Positions 52,081-63,832 are shown, counted from the stretch's first letter. The stretch: DNA of 64,000 nucleotides from Alphaproteobacteria bacterium (GCA_965248835.1 CBDFLJ010000002.1:768001-832000), one strand, 5' to 3'. The notes: a model not told the origin generated them from the sequence alone. Program-made: numbers and translations.

Positions 52081-52515
52081 TCCGGGTCGGTGTAGGCGCC
52101 GAGGACGGCCATCGGTGTCGGCAGGCTGACCTGGAAGCGGACATGGTCCGGCAGATAGCCCGCTTTCTTCGCGTCCAGGAAATCGAGATAGGACGCCCGC
52201 GCCTCAGCCATCGAGGAATTCGGCGAACTTGGGAAAGCGTATGTCCTGCGGCGCCGCACCGTCGGCCAGCGTGAGCCGGGCGAAGCCGGTCTCGACCGGC
52301 GAAGTCCGGTCCTCGGCGAGCGCAAGGAAGGTGCAGCTGCGCAGCAGCGGGTATTGCCAGCTGATCCACAGCCGGCGTCCGCCCGGCTCGCCGTCGGGGA
52401 CGCGCTCGAGATACGGCCCCAACAACGCCCCCGCCGTCGCCAGCACCTCTTCCGCCGTGTCCAGCCCGACGCTGCCCACCAGGTGCACATGCGTCACATT
52501 CGGTTTGCCGGCCAT
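52081..52515 (-). pseudogene. 3'-truncated, frameshifted cobalamin-independent methionine-synthase-like gene
   Basis: VHLVGSVGL...RVPDGEPG.R..WI and RFQVSLPTP; runs directly into the MBL remnant. Confidence 0.7.
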
Positions 52516-52778
52516 GGCATTCGCTCCGTTCACTCACGCCGTCGCGCCGCAAGCGGCCATGGTTGTCAACGCCGGCGCGCGCTCGGCCCGCGCGCTCGGC
52601 CCTGCCCGGACCGGGACGCCGGCTTGACACGCACGCGCCGCCGCCGGAGATTGGCGGTGACGGAGCTCGATCGCGGTGGGCGCAGGTCCGCCGTCCGGCC
52701 TGTGTCCCGGCCTGTGTCCCGGCGGCGTCACGGCCTGTGTCCCGGTGGCGTCCCGACACGGAACAGGAGGATCCGAGA

Positions 52779-53411
52779 ATGAAGCGGCATGCAGCATATG
52801 CGGTCTCGGCGGCGGTCGTGCTCGCGTTGGCGACGGCGCTGGTCGGCCAGGCCCATGCCGCCTGCGGCAGCGGCCAGAGAGTAAGCCACCGGGATGCGGA
52901 ATGCCTGCGCGCCAAGTGGGACAACAACACATTGCCGACCCCGAACACCGTCGAAGCCCAGAACCTGTGCTCGGACTACGGGACGGTCGTCGCGAAGATC
53001 GACTCGAAGGGTCGTCCGGATGACACATGGTCTTTGACCGACGGCGAGACGAGAAAAAGCGCACGCCTTTACAGGACCGATTGGGTCTACTGCTGCAGGG
53101 ATCTGAGCGACCTCTGCAACAAGTCGGACATCGTCAACGCCGATTCGTGCCTTGACCAGTTCCTGGCCAGCCCCGCGAGTGAAACATGCAGCAGAACACA
53201 TGCCCGCGTCGCCGGCAGCGATGAGTGCATGATCGTGACGGAGTGCAAGCCCTTCAAGCCCATCGCGGGGGCCCCACCGCCGGAAAGCATAATAACAAGC
53301 ATAACCGCGAGCTGGTCGGACACCGCAAATATCCATAACTGTGGGGGCCTCCTGCGCGTTGGCGCGTGTCTCCGACCCGGAGTTGGCGGCCTGCCGTCGC
53401 TGCCGGACTGA
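52779..53411 (+). CDS. Secreted cysteine-rich protein
   Basis: AGGAGG RBS; signal peptide ending AHA; 12 Cys in the mature part. Confidence 0.75.
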   Translation: MKRHAAYAVSAAVVLALATALVGQAHAACGSGQRVSHRDAECLRAKWDNNTLPTPNTVEAQNLCSDYGTVVAKIDSKGRPDDTWSLTDGETRKSARLYRTDWVYCCRDLSDLCNKSDIVNADSCLDQFLASPASETCSRTHARVAGSDECMIVTECKPFKPIAGAPPPESIITSITASWSDTANIHNCGGLLRVGACLRPGVGGLPSLPD

Positions 53412-53561
53412 CGCCCCGCTTCCCCACGAACCCGAGCCGATTCCGGAGAGGGAAAGCGCTCGATCGAAACGGGATATAGCGCGTCAATCGGCGTGAGACA
53501 GCCGGCGGCGATGCCGGCGTCGCTTCGCCTCGCGGGACGCCTTCGCGGCGGCGGTTGCCGG

Positions 53562-54050
53562 CTAGGGCCAATCGACAGTCATGGTTTGGTTGAGCCGTCT
53601 TATGTGATTCACGGGTCTCCGGCGTTTCTGCTGGAGGTTTGATGATGGTCAAGCGCTACGCGCTTTCGGACTTGCAATGGTCCATCATCGCGGCGGGTCT
53701 GCCCGGCAAGCCGGGCGCCCCCGGACGAAGCGGGGCGGACAACCGTCAGTTCGTCAACGGCGTGATGTGCGTTCTGCGCCCGGGCGCGCGCCGGCACCAC
53801 CCGCCCGCGCGCTATGGCATGTGGAAGACGGTGCGCAAGCGCTTCACCCGCCGGGCAAAGGCCGGCGATATCGCATGCTCGACAACGCTGGTGCGTGCAC
53901 CGGGCCGTGTCCCCATAAGGTGATGCCGGTCGGGCTCAAGCGGCTCCGGCGCATCGCAACCCGATACGAAAAGCGCGCCGCCGACGTCCTCGCCATGATC
54001 AAGATCGCAACCGTCAGGATCCGGCTGCGTGCTTATGAGTTCGCGTCCTG
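53562..54050 (+). mobile_element. Internally deleted, degenerate IS5 (IS427-like) element
   Basis: RYALSDLQW...DNRQFVNGV joined to LKRLRRIATRYEK; end CTTATGAGTTCGCGTCCT. Confidence 0.7.
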
Positions 54051-54653
54051 GAACGGTTTGGCGACGATTTCCCGCCCCATCATCCTGGCGAAGGTTTCGC
54101 GCCGCGCCGTATAGGGTTGGAAGCCCGGCATGGCGCGCGCCATCGCTTCGGTCTCGGTGAAGATCTCGTCGTCGGTCTTCGACAGATCGAACGGCTCGAA
54201 AAACGGCTGGTCGACGAACCACGGCGAATCGACGAAAAACTCCACCGTGTTGCCTTCCGGGTCGTGGCCATAGACGCTCCACGAGATGCAATGGTTCCCG
54301 AGCAAAAGCTTGTCTTCGCCGACCTCGTTCTTCAGCCGGTTATACATGATGCGGAGGTCGTCGAGCGCCTCCAGCCTGAACGACACCTGGTTGACCGGCC
54401 CGCCGAAAATCGCCTTGCGCTTGTTCTCGCCGAGCTCGTCCGGCTCGCCGGTGCACAGGACGAGCTGGTGGTGCTCGAGCGGGTCCATGCTCAGGAAGCT
54501 GAGGTTGAGCCCGACGGCCTTGCCCCGGTCGGTGACCGTGAAGCCGATCACCCGCGTATAGAAGTCTTCCATCTTTTCGAGATCGCGGACATTCATGCCG
54601 AAATGGCTGAATTGAATTCTCGGATCCCGCTTGGGCGCTTTGACCTCCGGCAT
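54033..54653 (-). CDS. VOC/glyoxalase family protein
   Basis: FSHFGMNVRDL...FYTRVIGF, EHHQLVL, DPEGNTVEF. Confidence 0.88.
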   Translation of the reverse strand: MPEVKAPKRDPRIQFSHFGMNVRDLEKMEDFYTRVIGFTVTDRGKAVGLNLSFLSMDPLEHHQLVLCTGEPDELGENKRKAIFGGPVNQVSFRLEALDDLRIMYNRLKNEVGEDKLLLGNHCISWSVYGHDPEGNTVEFFVDSPWFVDQPFFEPFDLSKTDDEIFTETEAMARAMPGFQPYTARRETFARMMGREIVAKPFQDANS

Positions 54654-54900
54654 GATCGTCCTCCCGATTGTCCTCCCGATCGTCCTCCCGGTGCCGGCTG
54701 CGGCGCCAACGAGGGCGTCGGACGCCGGCAGGGGTTTGTCGGTCCAGGCCGGGATGCCCCATGCGGCGCTTCCCGGCAGCGCGAGCGTGACTCCAAACCG
54801 TCCGAGAGACAAGTCGCCGGACTGTTGCCGGGCCGGGCCCCCATGGCGGCCGGGGCCGCATCCCGCCGCAGGCGGGCAGGGTGCGGGCCTCGAGATCCTC

Positions 54901-54979
54901 GCGCACGGTCTGCGCCCCGCAGGCTTCCGGCGCGTATCAGCGCTCGAAAAGCGGCGGCATCGGATGCCGGCGGCATGGA
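54901..54979 (+). repeat. Dispersed repeat, copy A (partial)
   Basis: GCGCACGGTCT...GCGTATCAGCGCTCGAAAAGC...GGCGGCATGGA. Confidence 0.85.
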
Positions 54980-55068
54980 GCGAGAAGAGCGCAAATGGTA
55001 GAAGCGGCGCCCGAGAGCAACGGTAGGGTCGCGTCCCCGCCGCTGCCACCGCCAGTGAGGGCCGACTG

Positions 55069-56574
<1,506 letters not shown>

Positions 56575-56637
56575 CGAGTTCCGCGTGGCGCACGGTGAGC
56601 TCGACTCGGTTGGCAGGGGAAGCTGCCGGCGGCCAAG

Positions 56638-56863
56638 GAGCTGGCGCACGGTCTTGCGCCCCGAAGACTTCCGGCGCGTATCAGCGCTCGAAAAGCAGCG
56701 GCATCGGATGTCGGCGGCATGGACGACGGCGCCGACCGCGGCCCGCAGGCTCGCGGCGCATCGCGCATCGGTTCGCGCGTCACCAGGAAGTCCGCTCGCC
56801 GCCAGGAGCCGGCGAGCCGGGATGCAGGGGAAGGCCGAAGGGCGGCGGGCGCGGGTCGGCGTT
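56638..56863 (+). repeat. Dispersed repeat, copy B (~225 bp)
   Basis: Direct repeat of 57767-57985 and 54901-54979. Confidence 0.9.
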
Positions 56864-57113
56864 TCGGGCACGTTGCGGGATGTGGCGTGGGTCGTCAGGC
56901 CGATCGACGCGCGGGCGCCTCAGCCGAACCGACCAATGACCTGCCGCAAGCGGCAGGTTTCAAACTGAGACACGATTCCGGTGCGGGTGTTCTCACCCGG
57001 CATTTCCCGGCCATTGCCGATCGGCGGCCGCAGCCGCAAACGTCATCGCCGTTGCTCCCGGCCGCGACAGCGCTTAGGGTAGACATCTCCTGATCCTTCT
57101 ACCGGAACGCGCG

Positions 57114-57371
57114 ATGGGCCTGAACATCAAGAATGAGGCGACCTGCCGGCTGGCCGGCGAGCTGGCGCGGCTGACCGGCGAGACCATGACCGGCGCGATC
57201 ACCGTCGCGCTGCGCGAACGGCTGGAGCGTGAGAAGCGCCGGCGCGGCGCGGATGCCTTGGCCCGGGAGCTTCACGCCATCGGAGAGCGTTGCGCCAAGC
57301 TTATGGGACCCGGGCCGTCGGCCGTGGAGCACGGCGACATGCTCTACGACGAGCGTGGCTTGCCCAAGTGA
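57114..57371 (+). CDS. vapB: VapB antitoxin (Rv0623-like)
   Basis: MGLNIKN...LARLTGETMTGAI...LYDERGLP. Confidence 0.9.
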   Translation: MGLNIKNEATCRLAGELARLTGETMTGAITVALRERLEREKRRRGADALARELHAIGERCAKLMGPGPSAVEHGDMLYDERGLPK

Positions 57372-57381
57372 TCGTCGACAC

Positions 57382-57768
57382 GTGATTATCGATACGTCGG
57401 CCGTCCTGGCCATCCTGCTCGGCGAGCCCGACGCGGGGCGTTATGAAGACGCGATAGCGGCGGCTTGGCCCCGCCGCATGTCGGCGGTCGGGCTGCTCGA
57501 GGCGGCGATGGTTGTCGAAAGCCGGGGCGGCGCCGCGGCGGGACATGAGCTCGATGTGCTGTTGGAGAAGGCGGCGGTCGAACTGGTGCCGGTCACCTCC
57601 GAACAGGCCATCGCCGCGCGCCGCGCCTGGCGGCGTTTCGGCAAGGGCAATCATCCGGCGGGGTTGAACTTCGGCGACTGCTTCGCCTATGCGCTCGCCG
57701 ACACGATGGGCGAGCCGCTGCTGTTCAAGGGCGGGGACTTCACTCGCACCGATATCGCGGCGGCCTGA
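57382..57768 (+). CDS. vapC: VapC PIN toxin
   Basis: IIDTSAVLAIL, LNFGDCFAYA, LLFKGGDF. Confidence 0.92.
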   Translation: MIIDTSAVLAILLGEPDAGRYEDAIAAAWPRRMSAVGLLEAAMVVESRGGAAAGHELDVLLEKAAVELVPVTSEQAIAARRAWRRFGKGNHPAGLNFGDCFAYALADTMGEPLLFKGGDFTRTDIAAA

Positions 57769-57985
57769 GCTGGCGCACGGTCTTGCGCCCCGAAGGCTTC
57801 CGGTGCGTATCAGCGCTCGAAAAGCAGCGGCATCGGATATCGGCGGCATCGACAACGGCGCCGACCGGCAGCAAGCCGGCGGGCGGCGCATCGCGCATCC
57901 GTTCGCGCGTCACCAGAATGTCCGCTCGCCGCCGGGAGCCGGGATGCAGGGTAAGGCCGAAGGGCGGCGGGCGCGGGTCGGCGTT
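57767..57985 (+). repeat. Dispersed repeat, copy C (~220 bp)
   Basis: Direct repeat of 56638-56863. Confidence 0.9.
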
Positions 57986-58000
57986 GCCTGGGGCGTTGTT

Positions 58001-58029
58001 TTGCATTAGTGTGATGCGATTGACATCAC
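58001..58029 (+). promoter_or_regulatory. Putative TA operator
   Basis: GTGATG-N7-CATCAC palindrome just upstream of the RHH gene. Confidence 0.5.
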
Positions 58030-58046
58030 CAGACATCGGCATTGCC

Positions 58047-58268
58047 ATGAGCCAGATCACCGCGCGCTTGCCCGATTCGGTCGTCGCCGCGCTGGATGCG
58101 GCCGCGCGCCGGCTGAAGCGCAGCCGGGCGGAGATCGTCCGCCAGGCGGTCGAGCGTTACCTCGAAGATTTCGACGATCTGTCGGTGGCGGTCGAGCGGC
58201 TGCGCGATCCGAACGATCCGGTGCTGGACTGGGATCAGGTCAGGCGTGAGCTTCTCGATACGGATTAA
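58047..58268 (+). CDS. CopG/RHH antitoxin
   Basis: QITARLP...RSRAEIVRQAVERYLED. Confidence 0.88.
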   Translation: MSQITARLPDSVVAALDAAARRLKRSRAEIVRQAVERYLEDFDDLSVAVERLRDPNDPVLDWDQVRRELLDTD

Positions 58269-58512
58269 GGGCAGCGCGGCCAAGGAGCTGGGGCGTATCG
58301 CGAAGCCGGACCGGGTGCGGATCGTCGCGGCGATCGACCGGCTGGCGGCGAACCCCTTTGCGGGCAGTGCGTTGAAGGGCGAACAGCGGGGCCTGCGGCG
58401 GCTGCGCGTCGGCGATTACCGGATACTGCACGAAGTCCAAGACGACTTGCTGGTCGTTCTGGTCGTTCGTGTCGCCCATCGCCGGGAGGCGTATCGCGGC
58501 CGGGCGGTATGA
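58246..58512 (+). CDS. relE: RelE toxin
   Basis: AAKEL...LKG...RRLRVGDYRIL...VAHRREAY. Confidence 0.9.
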   Translation: MSFSIRIKGSAAKELGRIAKPDRVRIVAAIDRLAANPFAGSALKGEQRGLRRLRVGDYRILHEVQDDLLVVLVVRVAHRREAYRGRAV

Positions 58513-58740
58513 CCGTTCGCGCGTAACACTCTTCCATTCGAGCCCTGGCAGCGAATCGTCCGGTGGAACCGGTGGTTTCGGAAATCTGGATATCGGGATT
58601 TGCGCTGCTATGTTGGTGGGGAAGAGTCGTAAGCACCCAGGCGGCGGTGAAAGGAGCGGCGAGAGGCCCCGATAGCAGGGGTGAGCGGTCTTCGAATATG
58701 AAACGCCCGCGGGACCGCGAGGCGAGAGGGGGCACGAACG

Positions 58741-59988
58741 GTGAAACGTGCGAACAACATCAACCCCGCCATTCTGGTGTGGGCGCGCGAGACGGCCGGC
58801 CTGGAACTGGAAGAGGCCGCGGACCGCCTCGACTTCATCAAGCCGAAGGCCGCGGAAAGCGCGGCCGAGCGCCTGCTGGCTTTCGAGCGCGGAGAGCGCG
58901 TGCCAACCCGCAATCAGCTCGTGACATTCGCGTCGGTCTACCGGCGCCCGCTGCTGGCCTTCTACATGAAGCAACCGCCGGCGAAAGGGGATCGGGGCGA
59001 GGACTTTCGCCAGACCGCCGGCAGGGTCTCGCGGCGCGATAACGCGCTTCTGGACGCGCTTCTGCGCGACATCCGCGCGCGGCAGGAAATGCTCAGAAGC
59101 CTGCTCGAGGATGACGAGGAGACCGGCGAGCTAGCGTTCGTCGGTTCGGCGGCTATCGATCAGGAAGCAGAGGCCGTTGCCGCATCGATCGCGGCGACGC
59201 TCGCGTTCGATCACCAGAAGCGCGCGGCGCGGCGCGGCGACGCCGATGCGCTGTTCAGGACCCTCCGGGGCCAAGTCGAGGCGGCCGGTGTCTTCGTCCT
59301 TCTCATCGGCGATCTGGGCTCCCACCACACCGCGCTCGGCGCCGAGGTGTTCCGCGGCTTTGCGATCTCGGACCGCATTGCGCCCTTCGTGGTGATCAAT
59401 GACCAGGACGCTCGGCCTGCGCGGTCCTTCACACTCGTGCACGAGCTGGCCCATATCTGGCTCGACAGGTCCGGCGTGAGCGGCGGACCGTCCCCGGATA
59501 CCCCGCGATCGGATGAGGATCGGATCGAGCGGTTCTGCAACGATGTCGCCGGCGCATTCCTGCTGCCCGCCAGCGCACTGCGCACACGGCCGGCCGGGCT
59601 GGAGGCCGGGGACAAGGAGAGTGCTGCCGCCGCGATCAGCGCCCTGGCAGACGACTGGTCGGTCAGTGAACCGATGGCGGCCTACCGGCTGAGCCGTACC
59701 GGTTGGATCGAGACCGCGGTCTATCGAGAGCTGATGGCGGACTACGCCGCACGATGGCAGCGCCAGCGCGAGCAGAACCGTGACAGCGAGGGCGCTCCCA
59801 ACCCCCATGTCGTCAGACGCAGCAAGCTCGGAAATGCGCTTCTCGATGTCGTGCGGCGCACCCTGCGAGACAATGCGCTCACCCACACCAAGGCCGCCAA
59901 GCTTCTCGGCGTAAAGCCCGGCGCAGTCGAACCGCTGCTCCGCGGCTACGAACCAAACCGGGGCTCGATGATCCAGGGCGCAGGGTAG
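58741..59988 (+). CDS. Xre-HTH plus ImmA/IrrE metallopeptidase
   Basis: INPAILVWARE, FRGFAI, FTLVHELAH, ERFCN. Confidence 0.9.
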   Translation: MKRANNINPAILVWARETAGLELEEAADRLDFIKPKAAESAAERLLAFERGERVPTRNQLVTFASVYRRPLLAFYMKQPPAKGDRGEDFRQTAGRVSRRDNALLDALLRDIRARQEMLRSLLEDDEETGELAFVGSAAIDQEAEAVAASIAATLAFDHQKRAARRGDADALFRTLRGQVEAAGVFVLLIGDLGSHHTALGAEVFRGFAISDRIAPFVVINDQDARPARSFTLVHELAHIWLDRSGVSGGPSPDTPRSDEDRIERFCNDVAGAFLLPASALRTRPAGLEAGDKESAAAAISALADDWSVSEPMAAYRLSRTGWIETAVYRELMADYAARWQRQREQNRDSEGAPNPHVVRRSKLGNALLDVVRRTLRDNALTHTKAAKLLGVKPGAVEPLLRGYEPNRGSMIQGAG

Positions 59989-60099
59989 AGCCCTGGCGTG
60001 CTTTATCTGGTCGACGCCAACGTCCTGATTCGCGCGCACGAAGACTATTACCCGCTCGATTGCGTCCCACAGTTCTGGGAGTGGCTGAAGCAGCAAGCC

Positions 60100-60469
60100 C
60101 TGGCGCGAAAGTCTACACGGATGAGCACAGCGGCTACCAAGGGCTCCCGAACCATGAGACGGTCAAGCATAGCGTGGGGGAGTACGTGGACGGCATGGCT
60201 CACACCAACGGCATTACCGGCCGCCGGCCCCGGAATCCTTTTGGAGCATGCTCAAGCGCGGGTACAGAGGTACGTACCACCGCATGAGTGCCAAGCACCT
60301 TCAGCGGTACGTCAACGAGTTTGCAGGGCGGTACAATGTCCGTTCAATGGACACCCTGGACCAGATGGCGGACGTAGCGCGCGGGTTTGTCGGAAAGCGG
60401 CTGCGTTACGCTGACCTGATAGCCGCTCGGGACGTCGTCGTGCCGCAGGCTGGCAGCGACGTATTCTGA
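60100..60469 (+). mobile_element. IS1595-family transposase 3' remnant
   Basis: VYTDE, HETVKHS, HTNGI[17-nt insertion]ESFWSMLKRG, HLQRYVNEF. Confidence 0.85.
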
Positions 60470-60942
60470 TGCGAGCCGATGGATTAGAGAATAATATACG
60501 GCCCAACTTGACACACAAGCAGCGTTGGGTATAATGACCTTACATCAAAACAGGTTGTGAATGGTATGGGCTATTCCCCACACTTTCAAGGATAAGGCCC
60601 TGTTATCTCAAAGAGATTTCGATTCGTCCCGAAACATCGGCTATCACTCCTGGACCAGATGGCGGACGTAGCGCGCGGGTTTGTCGGAAAGCGGCTGCGT
60701 TACGCTGACCTGATAGCCGTTCGGGGCGTCGTCGTGCCGCAGGCTGGCAGCGACGTATTCTGATGCGAGCCGATGGATTAGAGAATAATATACGGCCCAA
60801 CTTGACACACAAGCAGCGTTGGGTATAATGACCTTACATCAAAACAGGTTGTGAATGGTATGGGCTATTCCCCACACTCTCAAGGATAAGGCCGTGTTAT
60901 CTCAAAGAGATTTCGATTCGTCCCGAAACATCGGCTATCACT
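60355..60942. repeat. 294-bp tandem duplication
   Basis: Units 60355-60648 and 60649-60942 differ by a few substitutions. Confidence 0.95.
60802..60829 (+). promoter_or_regulatory. Consensus sigma70 promoter for fic (second copy at 60508-60535)
   Basis: TTGACA-16-TATAAT overlapped by a CCCAAC...GTTGGG inverted repeat. Confidence 0.7.
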
Positions 60943-62024
60943 ATGGGGCGTTTCCCCCGAAGGATCTCGACTACAGCGGCATTGTTACGCCGCTAACCGA
61001 GGCTGCAGCGGCAGTCGCCCGTTATGAGCAGATGCTCAAGGGCATACACAATACCCGCCTTTTCCTGACGCCCCTCGAACGCCAGGAGGCAATATCGTCT
61101 TCACGTATGGAGGGTACGATCTCCACGCTTGATGAACTGCTAATGTACGAGGCCAATCTTGAGGAAGATGAAACCCATCCCTCTGCCCGGCAGGACACCC
61201 TTGAAGTACACGCTTATCGACTAGCAGTGAGCCGTGCCGAACGCATGATAAATGACGGTGCTGAGTTATCTCCAGACCTACTACGTGCGTGCCACAAAGC
61301 ACTTCTCGGATTTACGCGCGGACGTGAGAAGTCTCCAGGAAACTTCAAAACGGATCAGAACTACTTAGTGGATATGCTTAGTCGGAAGATTTTATTCACT
61401 CCAATTTCTCCTGCTCATTTGGAATACGGGCTTGATGATTTGTTCTCATTTATTAGAGACAGCGATGTGCACCCACTGATTAAGACCGCGATAGCTCATG
61501 TAGAATTCGAATCTCTGCACCCCTTTAACGATGGAAATGGACGAATTGGTCGTATTTTTATAACGTTGATGCTTTGGAAGTTAGGACAAATTTCGCACCC
61601 GTATTTCTATATCAGTGGGTATTTGGAAAAAAGGAAAAACGACTATATAGACTGTATGCGTGCTGTATCTGCCAAACAAGACTGGACGTCATGGTGTATT
61701 TTCTTTCTTGAAGCAGTGCGCGGTCAAGCGGAAATGAACCTTATAAAGTCGGAAGAGATAAGAGAGTTGTACGAAGATATGAAAGAAATATTTCGAGTCA
61801 ATTTGTCGTCTCAGTGGTCCATTAACGCCCTAGATTTCATTTTTGCGAACCCTGTGTTTCGTAACAACGGGTTCACCAGCCGTAGTGGCATTCCCAAGCA
61901 AACCGCCAACCGCTTTACCCGGGTTCTTCTGGAAGCTGAACTACTTACTACCATCCGACCGCCGTCTGGCCGCCGTCCCGGTCTCTACGCTTTTGAACCG
62001 CTTCTCCAGATTGTTCGCGTGTAA
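60855..62024 (+). CDS. fic: Fic family protein with N-terminal inhibitory motif and C-terminal HTH
   Basis: HPFNDGNGRIGR; SSRMEG inhibitory motif; AT-rich. Confidence 0.93.
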   Translation: MVWAIPHTLKDKAVLSQRDFDSSRNIGYHYGAFPPKDLDYSGIVTPLTEAAAAVARYEQMLKGIHNTRLFLTPLERQEAISSSRMEGTISTLDELLMYEANLEEDETHPSARQDTLEVHAYRLAVSRAERMINDGAELSPDLLRACHKALLGFTRGREKSPGNFKTDQNYLVDMLSRKILFTPISPAHLEYGLDDLFSFIRDSDVHPLIKTAIAHVEFESLHPFNDGNGRIGRIFITLMLWKLGQISHPYFYISGYLEKRKNDYIDCMRAVSAKQDWTSWCIFFLEAVRGQAEMNLIKSEEIRELYEDMKEIFRVNLSSQWSINALDFIFANPVFRNNGFTSRSGIPKQTANRFTRVLLEAELLTTIRPPSGRRPGLYAFEPLLQIVRV

Positions 62025-62714
62025 TTTTTTTCTGTCGTTGGTTCACATGAGCCGGGAAATCAAGCAGGCGCTGATCCTCGAAGAAGAAGCGGACACCGAT
62101 GTGGTCGATCGGGTGCTGAGGGAGGGCTACGGCGAAAACCTGACCGACAGCGAACTGGAACAGATCGGGCAGGATGCATTCCTGATCGCCTATGCGCTCG
62201 CGGCAGAGGACCGGGTGGTGGTGACCAAGGAGACCCGCAGGCCGCGCGCGCAGCGGGCCAACCGGAAAATCCCTGATGTGTGCGATACCTCGGCAGTGCA
62301 CCCGATGTCAGACTTCGAACTCTACCGGACATTGAGATTTACGACAGCGGACCGGTGATGCGGCTCTGGATCGGAGACAGCGCCTTGGTTGCCCGCTGTT
62401 CGAATGGGACGAAGCCAGGACCGGGAAGCGCCGGAACGCGCTGCCGAACGGGGGCGAACGGTGCGGGAAGCGGGCAACCGGGATCGCGAAGCCGGCGCCG
62501 ACGCGCTACAGGCCCGATCGGGACGGGGCGGTATGCGTGATGGAGGGCGACCGCGTCCCTGTCGAGCCCGCCGCGCCGGTGCGGCCCGGGAACCTTCAGC
62601 CGCCCTCCGCCCGGCCCTCGCCGTGCCTGCCGGTGGTGCGGCGGTGGGTTGTGTCCTGCCTTGATGCCGGGCCGTTCGGCTTGCGCCTTGGTGTCCTCCG
62701 GGGCCGCCGCCGCG

Positions 62715-62870
62715 TTCATCAACTCGTCGATCCTGTCCGCGGCGCGCCCGATATCGACATCATACCGGTGAATGCCGCTCGGACGGCCCGTCACGCTGGT
62801 GCGGGACGGGAACACCCAGCCGTCCGGGTCGCCGCCGGCCGCCCGGCGGCGCTGGAAGATCCCGGCCGGT
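62715..62870 (-). pseudogene. Possible internally deleted tyrosine recombinase remnant
   Basis: GWVFPSRTSVTG joined to AADRIDELM. Confidence 0.35.
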
Positions 62871-62961
62871 TGCCGCGTGATGGGTCGCTCCAGGCTGCGC
62901 CATTGCCGCCCCCTCGACTGCGGGTTAATGTGACCACACTGGTTCTTTTCCGGAGGTCGTC

Positions 62962-63204
62962 ATGCGAAAGGTCCCGCTGCGCGATGCCAAGGCCACGCTC
63001 TCGTCCCTGGTCGAAGCGGCCGCGCATGGCGAGGCGGCGGTTATCACCCGCCATGGCAAGCCGAGGGCGGTTATCCTCGGGATCGAAGAGTGGAACCGGC
63101 TTCGTGATGTGCCGTCCTTTGGCCGGTTGCTGCTTTGCGCGCCGCTTGCGGACGAAGATCTGCCGCCGCGGGATCCGAGCCCGTTGCGGGATGCCGGGCT
63201 ATAG
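62962..63204 (+). CDS. Phd/YefM antitoxin
   Basis: DAKATLSSLVE...VITRHGKPRAVI. Confidence 0.92.
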   Translation: MRKVPLRDAKATLSSLVEAAAHGEAAVITRHGKPRAVILGIEEWNRLRDVPSFGRLLLCAPLADEDLPPRDPSPLRDAGL

Positions 63205-63213
63205 GAAATCCGC

Positions 63214-63648
63214 GTGTATCTGGTGGACACGAATGTGCTGTCGGAGGGGAGTCCCGGCCGACCCCGACGATTTTCTGCTCTGATCGATTGGATGGACGCG
63301 CATTCGGACGAAGTCTTTCTGTCGGCGGTCACCGTCGCCGAGATCTGCGACGGGATCGCCAAGGCGCAAAGGACGGGGCGGCGTTCCAAGGCCGGCGGCC
63401 TCGCGGAATGGCTCGAAGTCGTGTTGCATCTCTACGCTGCGCGCGTGCTGCCGTTCGACGTTCCCGCGGCGCGTATGGCGGGGGCGCTCATGGACCAGGC
63501 GCGCGCGGCCGGTCGATCGCCCGGCTTCGCCGATGTCGCGATCGCGGCGACGGCCGGCAGCCGGGGCCTCACGGTTCTGACGCGCAATCTGCGTCACTTC
63601 GCGCCTCTGGGCGTCGACGCCATCGACCCCTTCGAGGCGCTGCCATGA
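63214..63648 (+). CDS. vapC: VapC PIN toxin
   Basis: YLVDTNVLSE, DVAIAATA, TRNLRHF...IDPF. Confidence 0.92.
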   Translation: MYLVDTNVLSEGSPGRPRRFSALIDWMDAHSDEVFLSAVTVAEICDGIAKAQRTGRRSKAGGLAEWLEVVLHLYAARVLPFDVPAARMAGALMDQARAAGRSPGFADVAIAATAGSRGLTVLTRNLRHFAPLGVDAIDPFEALP

Positions 63649-63832
63649 GCGCGCCGGGCGTCGAGATCCGCACCGCCCGGCGGTCGATGCCGAAGGGGGT
63701 TCGGTCGCGGGGCTCGCTTGCGCGGTAGGCAGGATTGCTTATGAGCCGGGTGGCTTCATGCTAAAGTGCCGCTGAACAACGCCCGGCCTCAGATCGGCGA
63801 TCGGTTGAGCGCGGCTGGCAAAGTTGGTCGTC

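Larger units (their letters stand above)
59998..62358 (+). pseudogene. DUF4411-type PIN protein split by an IS1595/fic insertion
   Basis: N part MLYLVDANVLI...FWEWL (to ~60100); C part DAFLIAYA...VVTKE...KIPDVC (~62053-62358). Confidence 0.8.

Noticed and set aside
49562-52948. 1128-aa minus-strand ORF and similar long Arg/Pro-rich ORFs (e.g. 22245-24308, 54937-56871)
   Set aside because: Shadow frames of real genes in high-GC DNA
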